Both the position numbers and the translations under genes were made by a program. This document shows, piece after piece, positions 63,627 through 64,000 of a DNA stretch of 64,000 bases (its first letter is position 1; each line of letters starts with the position of its first letter). The notes below the pieces were generated by a model. The model saw nothing but the letters and a program-made list of their open reading frames with translations. It did not search any database and was not told the origin of the DNA. The stretch is from Bacteroidota bacterium (GTDB lineage: Bacteria > Bacteroidota > Bacteroidia > Bacteroidales > GCA-2748055), in NCBI GenBank assembly GCA_024640885.1, contig JAHEEC010000009.1:2773-66772 (forward strand), read 5' to 3'.

Positions 63627-64000
63627 CTATTGCAGGTTCATTTTCCTTGATTCAGTGAATCTGCCCGCAGTCATTTTATAAAAATAGATCCCACTTGGAA
63701 GATCGTTTCCTTCAAACCGGACAGAATGATTTCCGGCCGGCAGGGTTTCTTCAATTAAATTCATGATTTTTTGCCCGTTGGAATTGAAGATTTCAATGGA
63801 CACATTTTCAGTTCTTGCCAGGTAAAAATCTATTGCTGAAGAGGGATTAAAGGGATTCGGATAATTCTGATGGAGCGCAAATATCGCCGGCTCCTCTTCG
63901 CGTGCCCTGCCTGAAACACTGGTAACCGGTGGTTCGGCTGCAAATTTAAATCTTTCGACCCGGAATAATTCTCCTGTTCCGGTCCCTGTAAAACGCAGGT
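63627..64000 (-). CDS. 3' end of a T9SS-secreted protein (partial, runs off window)
   Basis: My own translation of the minus strand gives ...IFALHQNYPNPFNPSSAIDFYLARTENVSIEIFNSNGQKIMNLIEETLPAGNHSVRFEGNDLPSGIYFYKMTAGRFTESRKMNLQ*, with the stop at 63627-63629. This is a textbook type-A T9SS CTD. It is absent from the ORF track because there is no start codon in the window. Confidence 0.7.
   Translation of the reverse strand, partial: LRFTGTGTGELFRVERFKFAAEPPVTSVSGRAREEEPAIFALHQNYPNPFNPSSAIDFYLARTENVSIEIFNSNGQKIMNLIEETLPAGNHSVRFEGNDLPSGIYFYKMTAGRFTESRKMNLQ

Noticed and set aside
1-64000. I looked for CRISPR arrays, tRNA/rRNA genes, transposases, integrases, phage genes, toxin-antitoxin pairs, restriction-modification systems and other known defence genes.
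   Set aside because: I noticed no regularly spaced direct repeats, no cloverleaf-like or rRNA-like sequence in intergenic regions, and no ORF with recombinase, nuclease or methyltransferase motifs. Absence was judged by eye only.

Overview
This is a roughly 64 kb chromosomal segment that looks like Bacteroidota. The evidence is five type-A T9SS C-terminal sorting domains, Bacteroidetes-style lipoprotein signals and TAnnTTTG -7 boxes. I call 47 CDSs (one truncated at the right edge) at high coding density, plus one cobalamin riboswitch. I saw no rRNA, tRNA, CRISPR array, transposase, integrase or phage genes.

Gene content from left to right:
1. A B12-riboswitch-controlled capture/uptake operon: DUF4465 protein, T9SS surface protein, TonB-dependent receptor and beta-propeller lipoprotein.
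2. An ArsR regulator, an AI-2E transporter and a Tat-signal sugar-phosphate isomerase.
3. Heavy-metal RND system 1: a His-rich small protein, MFP, RND and OMF.
4. A complete Anbu-type operon: circularly permuted ATP-grasp, alpha-E, proteasome-like peptidase and transglutaminase.
5. Heavy-metal RND system 2, in which a Czc-type RND pump is fused in frame to a TolC-like OMF through an internal signal peptide. It is followed by an MFP, MscS and CorA.
6. A DUF1295 protein, a T9SS GH10 xylanase and a cysteine synthase with a Cys/His-rich tail.
7. A convergent cluster of two class-A beta-lactamase-fold hydrolases, a TLC-like transporter fused to HEAT repeats, and a signal-peptide-bearing, domain-permuted PEP-utilizer/ATP-grasp phosphotransferase. 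This is my best candidate for an undescribed system.
8. A coiled-coil protein, an OmpR/HK two-component pair and an OmpA lipoprotein.
9. Copper-type RND system 3: an HYC_CC_PP-like small protein, a long CusA with extra TM segments, OMF, CusB with HMBD and DUF3347, a His/Met-rich lipoprotein and an HMA protein.
10. A GMC oxidoreductase with its Tat small subunit, a cupin, a PQQ-like propeller, a T9SS glycosidase-like protein, a large MscS-like channel with a 27-bp tandem duplication, a 6-phosphofructokinase, and the 3' end of another T9SS substrate.

All family assignments come from motif recognition by eye. No database search was run.
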